DNA from: a bacterium
GTDB lineage: Bacteria; Electryoneota; Electryoneia; Electryoneales; Electryoneaceae
NCBI GenBank assembly: GCA_963669175.1
Contig: OY769902.1
Location: 4,032,001 to 4,096,000, forward strand
DNA: 64,000 nucleotides
Direction of reading: 5' to 3'
This document shows, piece after piece, positions 10,360 to 21,000 of the stretch. Within the stretch, counting starts at the first letter, position 1, and every line of letters starts with the position of its first letter. The notes under the pieces were generated by a model, which did no database searches, had not been told where the DNA came from, and was given only the letters and a program-made list of their open reading frames with translations. A program made the position numbers and the translations under genes.

Positions 10360-13300
10360 TCATCTGATGAGGACAATTCGCTTTCTATGTATCTCCTGAT
10401 CCGATTTGATCTCGACGAAGAGTACTCCTGAAGACTGACCAGTAAGATTAAGTGGTATCCTGTGTGTTCCCTGTTCAAGATTGCGTAGCATTGAAGCCTG
10501 TACCAGTCTTCCTAAAATATTGTACACGTTCAGTTTGATATCCATTCTTTCAGGAACTGTAAAAACGATATTTGTTACTGCATTAAATGGATTGGGATAA
10601 GGCTCTAGCATTCTGAACTCACTTGCATGACATGGATTGAATTCTCGGACTGAGGTTGGGTATTCATAGCTCGCACCTCTTGGCCCACCCCACAGGCCTA
10701 TATCGTTGCGGGTACTATCACAATCGTAATAAGCGTTATCAGGGTGTCCGGCATTGATCAACGGAGAGTCATCTGTTAAACGAAAATGGAGGGTATCCTC
10801 GAGTAAGGGATTCATTATGATGTTTAAGATATTCCAGGGGAGATTGACATTATTCGTATCATTCTCCCAAAAACAATTGTATTGATATAGGATCGGTGTA
10901 TCATCAATAGCTCTATTGAAAATTGCGATTGAGTCGTTCATAAATAGATTGTTGAAGAACTGCACACTATTCTCGCCTTCGGATAATCCGAATATGTCCA
11001 CGCCACATTCAAAACCAGTAAAGACATTATTTGTAAAAAGCACTTCCAGATCGGGGGTGACCCATACTCCATCTGCTTCTTCCCAGTCATGGTTCTCGAA
11101 AAGATTATTAGCTACATAGCCAGAAGAAAAGTTTGTACAACATATACCTAATGGAACATTGAAAAACCTGTTTCGAAAAATCTCCCCATGGCTTGACTCG
11201 TCCAATCGTACCCCCTCGCAATTATAGAAGTCGTTGTCTTGAATCAGCGCGGTAGAATTCAGGATGCACCATATAGAGGAAGAATTGGGAGATTCTTCAT
11301 ATTGATTCCAAAAAACAGAATTTGTTATTTCAATATCAGATGCGTTCAGGAATACATACATGATAAATTCGGGAACCTGCGAAACGAACAAACAGGAATC
11401 AATTTGGGCTTGTGAAGAATTGAGAAGGTAAACACTCATATAGTTGTCGAATAATCTGGAATGTCTCAGATTCAATATGCTGGCTGAATCAAGCTTGACT
11501 GCCTCGTTGGCTTTTTCTATGTCTGAATAACTTATATAATTCACAAAATGGCTGTCCAAGAAAGAAATTCCATTCCACAGAGCGTAGTCGCTTTCTTCAA
11601 GCTCACTGGTGAAGCAAATCGAATCCTCGACTGTCCCTTCAGCGATAAGCCGTCCATACACATCCAAACCAATTAGCTGCTCTTGATCCTCCACATACCT
11701 GAACCGCAATTCACAGCCCGGTTCAATAACCAGGCTGTCGCCTTCGGGAACGACAATATCCCCGATTACATAGAACGGGCTGTCCTCAATATGGAGAACC
11801 CCACTGATCTCGCCACTGAGTAGAGAACGTTGGTCCACATCCACAGTGACTATGGATGAGTCGGTCTGCCCTTCACCATCCTCCACGATCACCGTGAAGC
11901 TGAAATCCTCCGCATCTTCGGGTACGGTTCCCGATACGGCTGTCGTATCACTAACCCAGTCCAGCTCATCCTCCTCACTTAACCATTCCGGCAAGTCCGG
12001 GAAGGTGAAACTAAAGGGGCCGTTGTCATCGGTGGCGGTGATCTGGATGCGGAGCAATTGTCCGGTTTGGGCAAAGACTTCTTCAGGGATGGTTTGTACT
12101 GGTGGGTTGTCCGAGGACTGGTCGTAGTAATAGCACCCTATATCGGCACGGGTGCCGTCAGGATCGTCCTCACTATCCGGATCACCAGCGTCTATGCAGG
12201 GGCTGTTGGCCTGGAGATGATAATCGTAGGGATCCCCGCCTTCAAGGAAGGGATTTGCATCCAGGTTGGTTTCATCCAGATCGAAATTGTCCGTTGCAGC
12301 GGTAACATTCCAGAAACAATTGTATTGAGCGCTAACCGGTTCAACAGCCGTACTTCGACGTATGCCTATGCAGTCAACACCATCGCCCATGAAGATATTA
12401 TTCGTGATCTGATCCATGATCAGGTTGCTGTTCCCATAGATACCATAATTGCGAAACAGTATCGTATTGTTGATACAGGACAATGTACCAGAAGATATCA
12501 TAATTGCCTTATTATCACCAACTATTACATTATTTGTCAGCACAGTAGTGCCTTCCGCTATTAATACGGCTTCATTACCTTCATTTAATATAATTATATT
12601 ACTATCTACTTCAACATAATTTAACACATGATTACTTATATGTAATATTTTATTATGGTTGCCAACAATGCGACCGGAAGCACCGCTTGTACGAATATCT
12701 CTATCTGAAACATTGTAAGCAATAATAAAATTGCCTTCAGTGACACTTATCAAGTAAGCAGTATTTCTTAGAACAGCGACATTTGTAAATAGTATTTCCA
12801 GTTCATGGACATCATTTCCGACAACAAGTGAAGTATCGCAGTTCAGGATAACTACTTTTACATCTTCCCCAGTGTTGGCCTCAATATGGCCGCTACCACC
12901 GTACTCAAGGCGAATCTCCATTTCACGCAACACATCGCCTTGCCACAGTGTTGTTTCTACAGAATCCGGTCCTCCCATCCAACTGTTCACAGCATACCGA
13001 CCAGTGGTTATTACCCGTGAATGCCGTATGGAAAATGCACTACTGTCAACCTGGAAGGGGAATAACGCTGAATCAATCACCACAAAAGCGAACTGGCTCC
13101 GGTTCTCCGAACTCTGAAGTGAGAATCCCTGAAAAGCCCATTCCGAATCTGACAGGAAACGAATTGAGTCATTTTCGTTACCGTTGGCAAGTAAGCAACC
13201 ATTAACAACAAATGGTGTTTTTATTGTTTCAGATTGGTCCTGGAATTCGACTACTACTCCCGGCCTGATCTGAAGCGTATCCCCTTCAGGAACGAACAGG

Positions 13301-13572
13301 GTATCGATAACGATGTAAGGCGAGCCCTCCACGTTCCACACGCCGGAGACTTCGCCGGAGACAATGGTCTCGGCGAACATTATTCCTGGTAAGCTAAAAA
13401 GGAGAGTTAGCATACAAGCGCAGAAAATGACTCGGATAAAACCATCCCGCGATAGAACGTGATTACTGTCATGGGCAGCAGGGAATCGCTCGGGCATTGC
13501 GTTTGCTTTCCAGCACAATGTGCGTTTTCCTGACTCTTCGAAAAAGATTCTGACTTGTGTATACAATTGCAT
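10360..13572 (-). CDS. Secreted protein: beta-helix, Ig/cadherin-like module, beta-helix, T9SS-type tail
   Basis: GAGGAG RBS 7 nt before ATG 13572; extended signal peptide; ETIVSGEVSGVW...GSPY; YHLQANSPCIDAGDP...DGTRADIG; tail PYPNPFN...KRIVLIR. Confidence 0.88.
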   Translation of the reverse strand: MQLYTQVRIFFEESGKRTLCWKANAMPERFPAAHDSNHVLSRDGFIRVIFCACMLTLLFSLPGIMFAETIVSGEVSGVWNVEGSPYIVIDTLFVPEGDTLQIRPGVVVEFQDQSETIKTPFVVNGCLLANGNENDSIRFLSDSEWAFQGFSLQSSENRSQFAFVVIDSALFPFQVDSSAFSIRHSRVITTGRYAVNSWMGGPDSVETTLWQGDVLREMEIRLEYGGSGHIEANTGEDVKVVILNCDTSLVVGNDVHELEILFTNVAVLRNTAYLISVTEGNFIIAYNVSDRDIRTSGASGRIVGNHNKILHISNHVLNYVEVDSNIIILNEGNEAVLIAEGTTVLTNNVIVGDNKAIMISSGTLSCINNTILFRNYGIYGNSNLIMDQITNNIFMGDGVDCIGIRRSTAVEPVSAQYNCFWNVTAATDNFDLDETNLDANPFLEGGDPYDYHLQANSPCIDAGDPDSEDDPDGTRADIGCYYYDQSSDNPPVQTIPEEVFAQTGQLLRIQITATDDNGPFSFTFPDLPEWLSEEDELDWVSDTTAVSGTVPEDAEDFSFTVIVEDGEGQTDSSIVTVDVDQRSLLSGEISGVLHIEDSPFYVIGDIVVPEGDSLVIEPGCELRFRYVEDQEQLIGLDVYGRLIAEGTVEDSICFTSELEESDYALWNGISFLDSHFVNYISYSDIEKANEAVKLDSASILNLRHSRLFDNYMSVYLLNSSQAQIDSCLFVSQVPEFIMYVFLNASDIEITNSVFWNQYEESPNSSSIWCILNSTALIQDNDFYNCEGVRLDESSHGEIFRNRFFNVPLGICCTNFSSGYVANNLFENHDWEEADGVWVTPDLEVLFTNNVFTGFECGVDIFGLSEGENSVQFFNNLFMNDSIAIFNRAIDDTPILYQYNCFWENDTNNVNLPWNILNIIMNPLLEDTLHFRLTDDSPLINAGHPDNAYYDCDSTRNDIGLWGGPRGASYEYPTSVREFNPCHASEFRMLEPYPNPFNAVTNIVFTVPERMDIKLNVYNILGRLVQASMLRNLEQGTHRIPLNLTGQSSGVLFVEIKSDQEIHRKRIVLIR

Positions 13573-13583
13573 TAGTATACTCC

Positions 13584-16500
13584 TCACTTAAGCAGAATCA
13601 CACGATTACGCCTTACTTCATCACCTGCAGTCACTTCCAGGAAATACATTCCCGAAGCAAGCTGGTTGGCGGAATAGCTCACGATATGGTTTCCGGCATC
13701 CAGCGCCGGTGTGTGTCGTGTAAAAACCTGTCTTCCCAGGACATTGTACAGTCTCAATGTCAGTGAGCAACGGCAGGGTAAAGCTATCTGGATGTTCTGA
13801 ACGGAATTGAACGGGTTTGGGTAGGGCGGGCTCAACCTGAACTCCGTGGGCAACTCGTCATACGATTCTGTCACCCAGTCCGGGTACTGGTAGGAGATTC
13901 CGTACGGCCCACCCCATAGGCCGATGTCGTTTCGGGTGCTATCTGTGTCATTATGCAATAAGCCGGGATATCCTGCATCAATGAGTGGAGAATTATCATA
14001 TAAGTAGAATGAATCCATATCTACGATACAAGGATCAAGAAACAAATTGTTTTCACCTATTGTACATTGATATACAAGTGTATCATTTTCATAGAAGTTA
14101 TTATATTCAATCGAAGGCAAATCCTCTGAGCCATCCACTGCTTGTATAGCATAATGATTACCTAAGAATAAATTATTGACAACAACAGGGAGCGTATCAC
14201 CTGACGAAACAGCCAGAAATCGAACCCCCGAATAGCTGTTCAGAAAAACATTATTTTCAACATGGATAGCTTTTCTTGGAACGCTGACACCAGCGCCAAA
14301 TGTTTCTGTCCCTAAATCATTAAACACACAGTTGGAAACGATACCTGTAGCATGATTGGCAAATGTAACTCCTAAACGAGTTTGATAAAAATAACACCGC
14401 CTTATTTCACTATAACTACTCATGTCTATTGCAATATAGCCATTATTATATAATTCACAATTTGACATATATAAAATAGATTCATTATTCACTGATACAC
14501 TTATAACATGATTATAACAATAAAATATTGTATTATCAATAGTAATATTTGAGTTTCTTAATCGTATTTGCATTGTACTAATGTTTGTTGCTATAAAATA
14601 ACAAGAATTAATTGCAATAGTTGTGTTATTTATTACAAAAACAGAATGTTTATTGCCGTAAAATATTACATTGCTTATATTAGCACTGCAATTATCCTTA
14701 ATATTCAGAGCAATTTCAGCATTTTCGATTTTGGTGTAGGCAATTCTTGCATAGGATGTTGTCGCAAGTTCTATCCCATTCCATTGAGCTGATTCGAGGT
14801 CTTGTATACTTCCTTTTAGAAAAACACTGTCACCTTCCACTCCCTCGCAAAACAAAGAACCATAACAGCAAAACTCAATCCTCTGTTCATCATCCTCCAC
14901 ATACCGGAACTGCAATTCACACCCCGGTTCAATGATCAGGCTATCCCCTTCGGGGACGACGATATCCTCCACAACATAGAACGGGCTGTCTTCATCATGC
15001 AAGATGCCACTGATCTCACCACGAAGCAGGTTGCGTTGATCCACATCCACGGTGACAAGAGAGGTATCCGTCTGCCCTTCGCCATCCTCCACAATCACCG
15101 TGAAACTGAAGTCCTCCGCATCTGCGGGCACGGTTCCCGATACCACGGTCGTATCACTGACCCAGTCCAATTCATCTTCTTCGGTCAGCCAGTCCGGAAG
15201 GTCAGGAAAGGTGAAGTCAAATGGGCCGTTGTCATCGGTGGCGGTGATCTGAATTCGGAGCAGTAGACCGGTCTGGGCGAAAATCTCTTCGGGGATGGTC
15301 TGGACCGGTGGGTTGTCTATAGAATGGTCGTAGTAGTAGCAACCGATATCCGCACGGGTGCCGTCCGGATCGTCTTCACTGTCAGGATCACCGGCATCAA
15401 TGCAGGGGCTGTTGGCCTGGAGATGATAATCGTAGGGATCCCCGCCTTCAAAGAAGGGATTAGCTTCACCATTTGTTTCGTCAAGCGTTTCACCGTTGTC
15501 CAACATCCCGGTGACATTATAGAATATATTGTACTGAATATTATCATATTCCGCATCCATATGCAGGGCATCACAGTCTATGCCGTCACCCATAAAGATA
15601 TTGTTCCTGACTTCGGATCCGTCGGGCAGGCGAAGGCAAGTAGACCTGAAATGAAACGTGTTGTTAATCAGTGCGACTGTGCTTTCATCATAAAGGTCAA
15701 TCGCAAAATTCGTGTTGCACAAATTGTTCTGTAAGAATATTTCACCACCGTCAATATCCCAATCGCCATAGAAGAGGTTATTTACAGCTTCTACGCTGCA
15801 GGCCGTCAGGTTAACCATATTCAGTTTGTTGTGAGTCATTGTAACTGTAGCCAGATCAATTGTCGTGGTCACACGAATATGGTTGCTGTCCAGGGAAACC
15901 GTTCCACCACTATAAAGCATTAATCGATCAATAGTATTGCGGGCAAAAAGTTCAGGAATGGCGCCCACCAGGATGAAGCCTTGAATGTCGTTATCAGAGA
16001 GTGTATCTACTTCAGCGTTAAGAATTTGTACCCGGAAGTAACCCTTGTTATGGCAGATTGAATGAGGTCCACCACCGCGAAGCGTCATACCGGGAAATCC
16101 TGCAGTGTCTGGATACTGGATAGTGCAATATTCAAGGGTATCGGCAGAATTATAACTTTGATACAGGTTATCAATGGTCTTGATTCTGCAATGACGAAAC
16201 ACCAGTGAATATGCGTCATGTATATCTACAAGTTGTTGCAGTGAGTCAAACACGGCATAGTGAGCACGAATATTTACCGTAGTGATTTCGTCAGGCGTAT
16301 AGAAACCCTGAAAAGCAGCTCCTTCTGACCAGAAGCATACCGAGTCCCCTTCTTCACCATCAATAAACAAGGAGCCCAGTACGCAGAAAGGCGTACGTGT
16401 AGAATCGGTCTGATTATGGAAAAAGACAGATACTCCCGGCCTGATCTGAAGCGTATCCCCTTCAGGAACGAACAGGGTATCGATAACGATGTAAGGCGAG

Positions 16501-17120
16501 CCATCCGTATTCCACACGCCGGAGACTTCACCAGAGACAATGGTCTCGGCTTGAGCCGAAGTAAAAAAAGTAAACAAAGTGAAAAAGGTGAAAAAAGAAA
16601 CGGCAAACTGCGTGGCCCGACTTTCCAGATGTGAAACCAGGAACTCTTGTGATGACGGCGACGATGGCTGAGCTTGCCCCTGCGCTGCATTTGATGAGCA
16701 AGTCGGGCGCGGATGGCGAAGCGGGGATGATTGATGCGTTGAACCTCGAGATCCCCGTTCAAGCCGGGGATGACATAACGAAGTGAAAAAAGCAATCAGT
16801 GAAAAAGGTAGCCGGGGATGCTTGCGTACGTGCCAGTTTCGCATGGCCCGATTTGCCGGTTGTGAAGGTGGACGCTCTTGAGGTAACAGCGCTGTTCCCT
16901 GCACTTCACACTGCGCTGCGCTCGATGAGCAGGTCAGAAATCCTGAAGTATCAAGTAGACGCACAAGGGTCTCCAGTAGTTGGCTGGCGAGTGACAACAA
17001 GCGGGTTAGCATCAGACAGAAAAGGCGGGGAATGCGATTCCATCTGTGTAAGGTTTGGTCGTTTCTACGCACGTCAGCAGGTAATAGCATCCGTGCATAC
17101 CAGCGGCTCATTTGATTCAT
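13584..17120 (-). CDS. Secreted beta-helix/Ig/beta-helix protein with T9SS-type tail and repeat-derived N-terminal extension (start uncertain)
   Basis: Same architecture as 10360-13572. GGAGGAG precedes ATG 17120/17111. The hydrophobic signal region FAVSFFTFFTLFTFFTSAQA lies about 170 codons further in. Tail PYPNPFNS...NRVILLK. Confidence 0.8.
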   Translation of the reverse strand: MNQMSRWYARMLLPADVRRNDQTLHRWNRIPRLFCLMLTRLLSLASQLLETLVRLLDTSGFLTCSSSAAQCEVQGTALLPQERPPSQPANRAMRNWHVRKHPRLPFSLIAFFTSLCHPRLERGSRGSTHQSSPLRHPRPTCSSNAAQGQAQPSSPSSQEFLVSHLESRATQFAVSFFTFFTLFTFFTSAQAETIVSGEVSGVWNTDGSPYIVIDTLFVPEGDTLQIRPGVSVFFHNQTDSTRTPFCVLGSLFIDGEEGDSVCFWSEGAAFQGFYTPDEITTVNIRAHYAVFDSLQQLVDIHDAYSLVFRHCRIKTIDNLYQSYNSADTLEYCTIQYPDTAGFPGMTLRGGGPHSICHNKGYFRVQILNAEVDTLSDNDIQGFILVGAIPELFARNTIDRLMLYSGGTVSLDSNHIRVTTTIDLATVTMTHNKLNMVNLTACSVEAVNNLFYGDWDIDGGEIFLQNNLCNTNFAIDLYDESTVALINNTFHFRSTCLRLPDGSEVRNNIFMGDGIDCDALHMDAEYDNIQYNIFYNVTGMLDNGETLDETNGEANPFFEGGDPYDYHLQANSPCIDAGDPDSEDDPDGTRADIGCYYYDHSIDNPPVQTIPEEIFAQTGLLLRIQITATDDNGPFDFTFPDLPDWLTEEDELDWVSDTTVVSGTVPADAEDFSFTVIVEDGEGQTDTSLVTVDVDQRNLLRGEISGILHDEDSPFYVVEDIVVPEGDSLIIEPGCELQFRYVEDDEQRIEFCCYGSLFCEGVEGDSVFLKGSIQDLESAQWNGIELATTSYARIAYTKIENAEIALNIKDNCSANISNVIFYGNKHSVFVINNTTIAINSCYFIATNISTMQIRLRNSNITIDNTIFYCYNHVISVSVNNESILYMSNCELYNNGYIAIDMSSYSEIRRCYFYQTRLGVTFANHATGIVSNCVFNDLGTETFGAGVSVPRKAIHVENNVFLNSYSGVRFLAVSSGDTLPVVVNNLFLGNHYAIQAVDGSEDLPSIEYNNFYENDTLVYQCTIGENNLFLDPCIVDMDSFYLYDNSPLIDAGYPGLLHNDTDSTRNDIGLWGGPYGISYQYPDWVTESYDELPTEFRLSPPYPNPFNSVQNIQIALPCRCSLTLRLYNVLGRQVFTRHTPALDAGNHIVSYSANQLASGMYFLEVTAGDEVRRNRVILLK
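16612..16938. repeat. Two 96 bp palindromic elements plus a short palindrome inside the 5' part of the CDS
   Basis: GTGGCCCGACTT...GAGCAAGTCGGG (16612-16707), ATGGCCCGATTT...GAGCAGGTCAGA (16843-16938), GATCCCCGTTCAAGCCGGGGATGACA (16750-16775). Confidence 0.65.
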
Positions 17121-17650
17121 TGCTCCTCCATATACTGGGAACATAAATTTAGCTCGTGATTTACCACAAAACAACTCAATCCTCTCATTACGTAGAAAAA
17201 CATAAATACACATAGCATTGTCTTTAATAAAAAGATTATTCACGCCTATAAAATAATCATTTTCAGCCATTTAAATAGCTTAGCAATCCTCAAACATTCA
17301 ACAAACAACAATTTCATACAGATATATGAACCATTTTCTTTTGTATACATTTCTTTATCTTCTCCCATAAAGTTGCATATAGTATAGTATAATATAATAT
17401 TATTTATTTTATAATTTTATTATATATTCCGCTTTATTTCATATCATTCATAGAATAATATACAAGAGCACAAAACAGTAACAATCAACTTGGTCGAGTG
17501 CTTTGTATATAAACGATGCTTCCGTTTGTCTCCCGGTCAAGCCAGGGATGACATGCGTGACAGGTAGCCCGGCCATGCCTGGCCGGGAAAAACCTCCCCG
17601 GAGCTAATATAGCTGTTCTCGATTTTATTCCGTCATAATGGAGATTGCCG

Positions 17651-17841
17651 GGAAAAGGGGACGGGATCCTTTTCCTCGCGCTTATGCAGAATATTTCTGA
17701 AGTATTTCTGGAAAAGGAAACTGTCCCCTTTGCCGTGTAATTCCTGCCTGCTCTCAAGAAAAAGGGTACAGCCACCTTTCCCGATCCATGCTCACACCGG
17801 GAAGGCTTTGCCCCAGGGAAAGGAAACTGTCCCCTTTTTCC
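17651..17841. repeat. Cluster of four ~25 bp imperfect palindromes (GGAAAAGG...CCTTT-CC type REP)
   Basis: Copies at 17651-17675, 17710-17734, 17758-17782 and 17816-17841; two share AAAGGAAACTGTCCCCTTT. Confidence 0.65.
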
Positions 17842-17930
17842 ATCTCCTTTTTTACAACTATATCGTTGATCTTTCACTGATATGGAACAAGACCATATGA
17901 CGGATTAATAATGGGAATCCCTATAAACAT

Positions 17931-17968
17931 ACAACAGGGACAAATCTCCCCGGATCTGTCCCTGTTGT
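17931..17968 (-). terminator. Hairpin downstream of the C25 peptidase-like gene
   Basis: ACAACAGGGACAAATC / GATCTGTCCCTGTTGT, 16 bp stem with one mismatch. Confidence 0.55.
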
Positions 17969-18000
17969 AACGATATCAAGTTATATCTGCTGTCAAAAGT

Positions 18001-21000
18001 TTACTTCATCAGTACGATCTTCCGTGTTTCCCGCAACGGTCCTGCGTTGAGGTGCAGGAAGTAGATACCGCTGGCGAAGCGTGAACCGTCGAAAGTCACC
18101 GTATGGCGTCCGCTCTGCATCGGCTGATCTACCAGGCGCACAACTTCCTGTCCCAGCAGGTTGTACACGCTCAGGCGGACATCTGCGGTATTTTTCAATG
18201 CAAAAGCGACCGTAGTGCTCGGGTTGAACGGGTTCGGGTATGCGCCTTCGAAGGCCCATTCTAACGGTTGCGCTTCACCGGGCTGATCATCTTCAATATC
18301 CGTACCCGGAACCGTCATCACGATATGCACAAAATTATCTTCCGCAATACAGGCATCGTGATCGTAACGGATGTAGATATCGTATTTCTCCGGCGGCAGG
18401 TTACCGGCGGTCATTTCAACGACAACTTCCTGGGAATCTCCAGGTGCAATGGTTCCTTCTGTCGTGTTAAGGTGAATCCAGGCGTCAAACTGTTCGACTT
18501 CCCAGAGTTGCACATGATCCTGATCGCCGCCATCCATCAGGCTGGCAAACATCCAGATCTGGGGGTTCCACAGGTAGCTGATGCAAGCGCCGCAAGGAAC
18601 CACGCCATCATATTCATACGAATTCACCTGCATGGTATCACCTGATTCCGGATTCATCTTGATGATCCAGCCCTCATTGTCCCCGTTGACATAGGCGATG
18701 AAGTAGAGGTTATAGCCATCTTCGTCTTCCGGGAACCATGCTGCGCCACGCGGTGAGAAACCTTGTCCGAATTCGCGCAAGGTATTGCTGCTGTCAGGAT
18801 GCACGACACGAATTTCTGTGCCGTAATCGCCGACAAAGAAATTGCCTGTTTCCGGATCTTTGGCGATGTAACGTGCCGGGTTGGTCGGAATCTCGAAGGT
18901 GCTGACAGTTTCCCAGGTGCTGTCTTGTTCAACGAATGACATCTGGTACATGGTGGAACCATCAGCGCCGTACATGTATTCGCCATCCCATTCCAGGCCA
19001 TAAAACCCCTGGGAAGACCGATTCTCCGCCGGAACCGGCTGATCACAGGTTTTGAGAAGTTCACCCGTGCGTGAGTACATGTACATCTTGTTCGGACCGG
19101 ACACATCGTAGTTGTTCGAGCCGCTGAACCAGAAGTTCTTTCCATCGAACTCCACACCACGGTGGTGCATATCATCGTCTGTCAGGTCAAAGTTGTACAC
19201 TGCATCCCACTCGTCATCCAGCTCATCACTGGTGGTGCGTTCAACACCGGCTCCCGATCCCGGTTTTCCTGTGGTCGACTCATCCGGTTCGAAATCATAA
19301 TGAGCATCCCAGTTCATAACACCATTACCGGGATTATAAACCCACATGGAATGTGTAGCTGTTTCCGTCCCCTGCAGCGAATCACTGATGGCTAAAGGCT
19401 CAACAACAAACTCCGGGTGGTTCAGTTCGAAATCCACGTTCAGGGTTTCGTTTTCAGTAACTGTTAAAACCTGGTTGAACAGGGTATTGTAACAGTCAGC
19501 TTCAATGTTAAACGTAACCGGTCCAATCATCACGTTTTCGAGGAAATAGTTCCCTTCAGCATCAGTAAAGGCTTCGAAAAGACCGTTCTCCGTACCGATC
19601 AAGGCGCCAACCACAGGATCGCCTGATCCGGCAGCGGAGATATTCCCCTGGATATGTCCGACAATCAGCGGAATGTTTGTGGTAAACAGGATAGCACGAC
19701 CGTCCTCGATTGTAGCGGACCCGGCCGTATACTCGTTCCAGTAGGAAATGAGGATACCATCACTCTGAGTTTCATTTTCGATGCCGGTTGTCCAGAATGG
19801 CACATCATACATCGGGTACCCGTCACCGTTGGTAGAATGTTGCACATGGTTGTACTGGAACAGAATGTCGTTATCACCAGTCCATGTCGGCCTTTCATCC
19901 TGGCTGTAGATGATCAATTCAAAAGTACAGGAATAACTGGCGTTGGCATGCTTCATATCATACCACTCGATGATGAAGCGGCCATTGGGGCTATCATGGT
20001 AATACAGAATATCAGTTGAGTTGGCTGTGCGGAGTTCATCCCAGTAAACCGCAAGCATGTTGTTTGGTCCCAGCGGACTTGGGATTGTCCAGTTCCTCGA
20101 CAGGGTTACATCCGCATTCCGTCCAAATGCAGCGTAGCCGTTTGTAGTGATTGAGATTTCATCGAAAGCCTGCCCATAGTATTGCACATCAAACGGAAGA
20201 TCAATGGTACAGCCATCGTCAGCATTTTCAGTTGCATCGCTCAGGTTCAGAGAATGCCCGACATAATCTTCATCAGCATCTGGATTAATCTCAACCCAGT
20301 TGTATGTCGGCGCGAATTCTTCGTAACCGGTATCCGTATTATCAAAGGCAAAATAGCCATAGTTGTCCGGTCCATTCGGATCGGTTGATTCACGAGTGCC
20401 CACTTCAACTGGAATGCCAACCGTATCCACATTGCCATCATTTGTAGTCACAACCATGTGAATCCAGCCGACATACCCAGGCATTGCTCCCTCGTGGGCT
20501 TCAAGTGCAAATGAACCGGTAGCTGTCTGGTTGACAACCATGGCGCTCAGATTGTCTTCAGCCTGCGAGATGCGGACGTACGGGTCATTGCTGTACAGGT
20601 AAGCAGTAGACGTTGAAGCGGTGTTACCACCAATATTACGAACAGTTATATCCGCATTACTGATTTCGCCCGGGTTAAAGGAACCGTCAATATCAAGTTC
20701 AACGAACCCATAAGCAGGCGCCTGTACATTGATTTCACAGGCGTCCTCGAAATCACCTGCGGAGGTTTCCGCCGTAAGGTTCAGATGCAGAATCCAATCA
20801 TGCTGTGCTTCCGGATCAATTTCCACAAGGATCAAGCCATTGCCCTCGGCTTGAGCATCAGCAGCCAGCGTTGTCAGGGTGATACTGCCGCTCACTGAAG
20901 TGATCCAGTCTTCATTTTCTTCGGCGCTTACTTCGATATTCGTAACCGCAGAGGTGCCGTAGTTCTTCAGCTCCATCTGCAAGCCGACCGTTTCACCCGC

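Noticed and set aside
17651-17841. Four spaced palindromes as a CRISPR array
   Set aside because: The repeats are too divergent, the spacing is irregular and there are no cas genes; they fit a REP cluster.
17121-17877. ORF extension to 17270 and the 130 aa ORF at 17485-17877
   Set aside because: The extension runs through AT-rich promoter-like DNA without an RBS, and the second ORF reads through the REP cluster.
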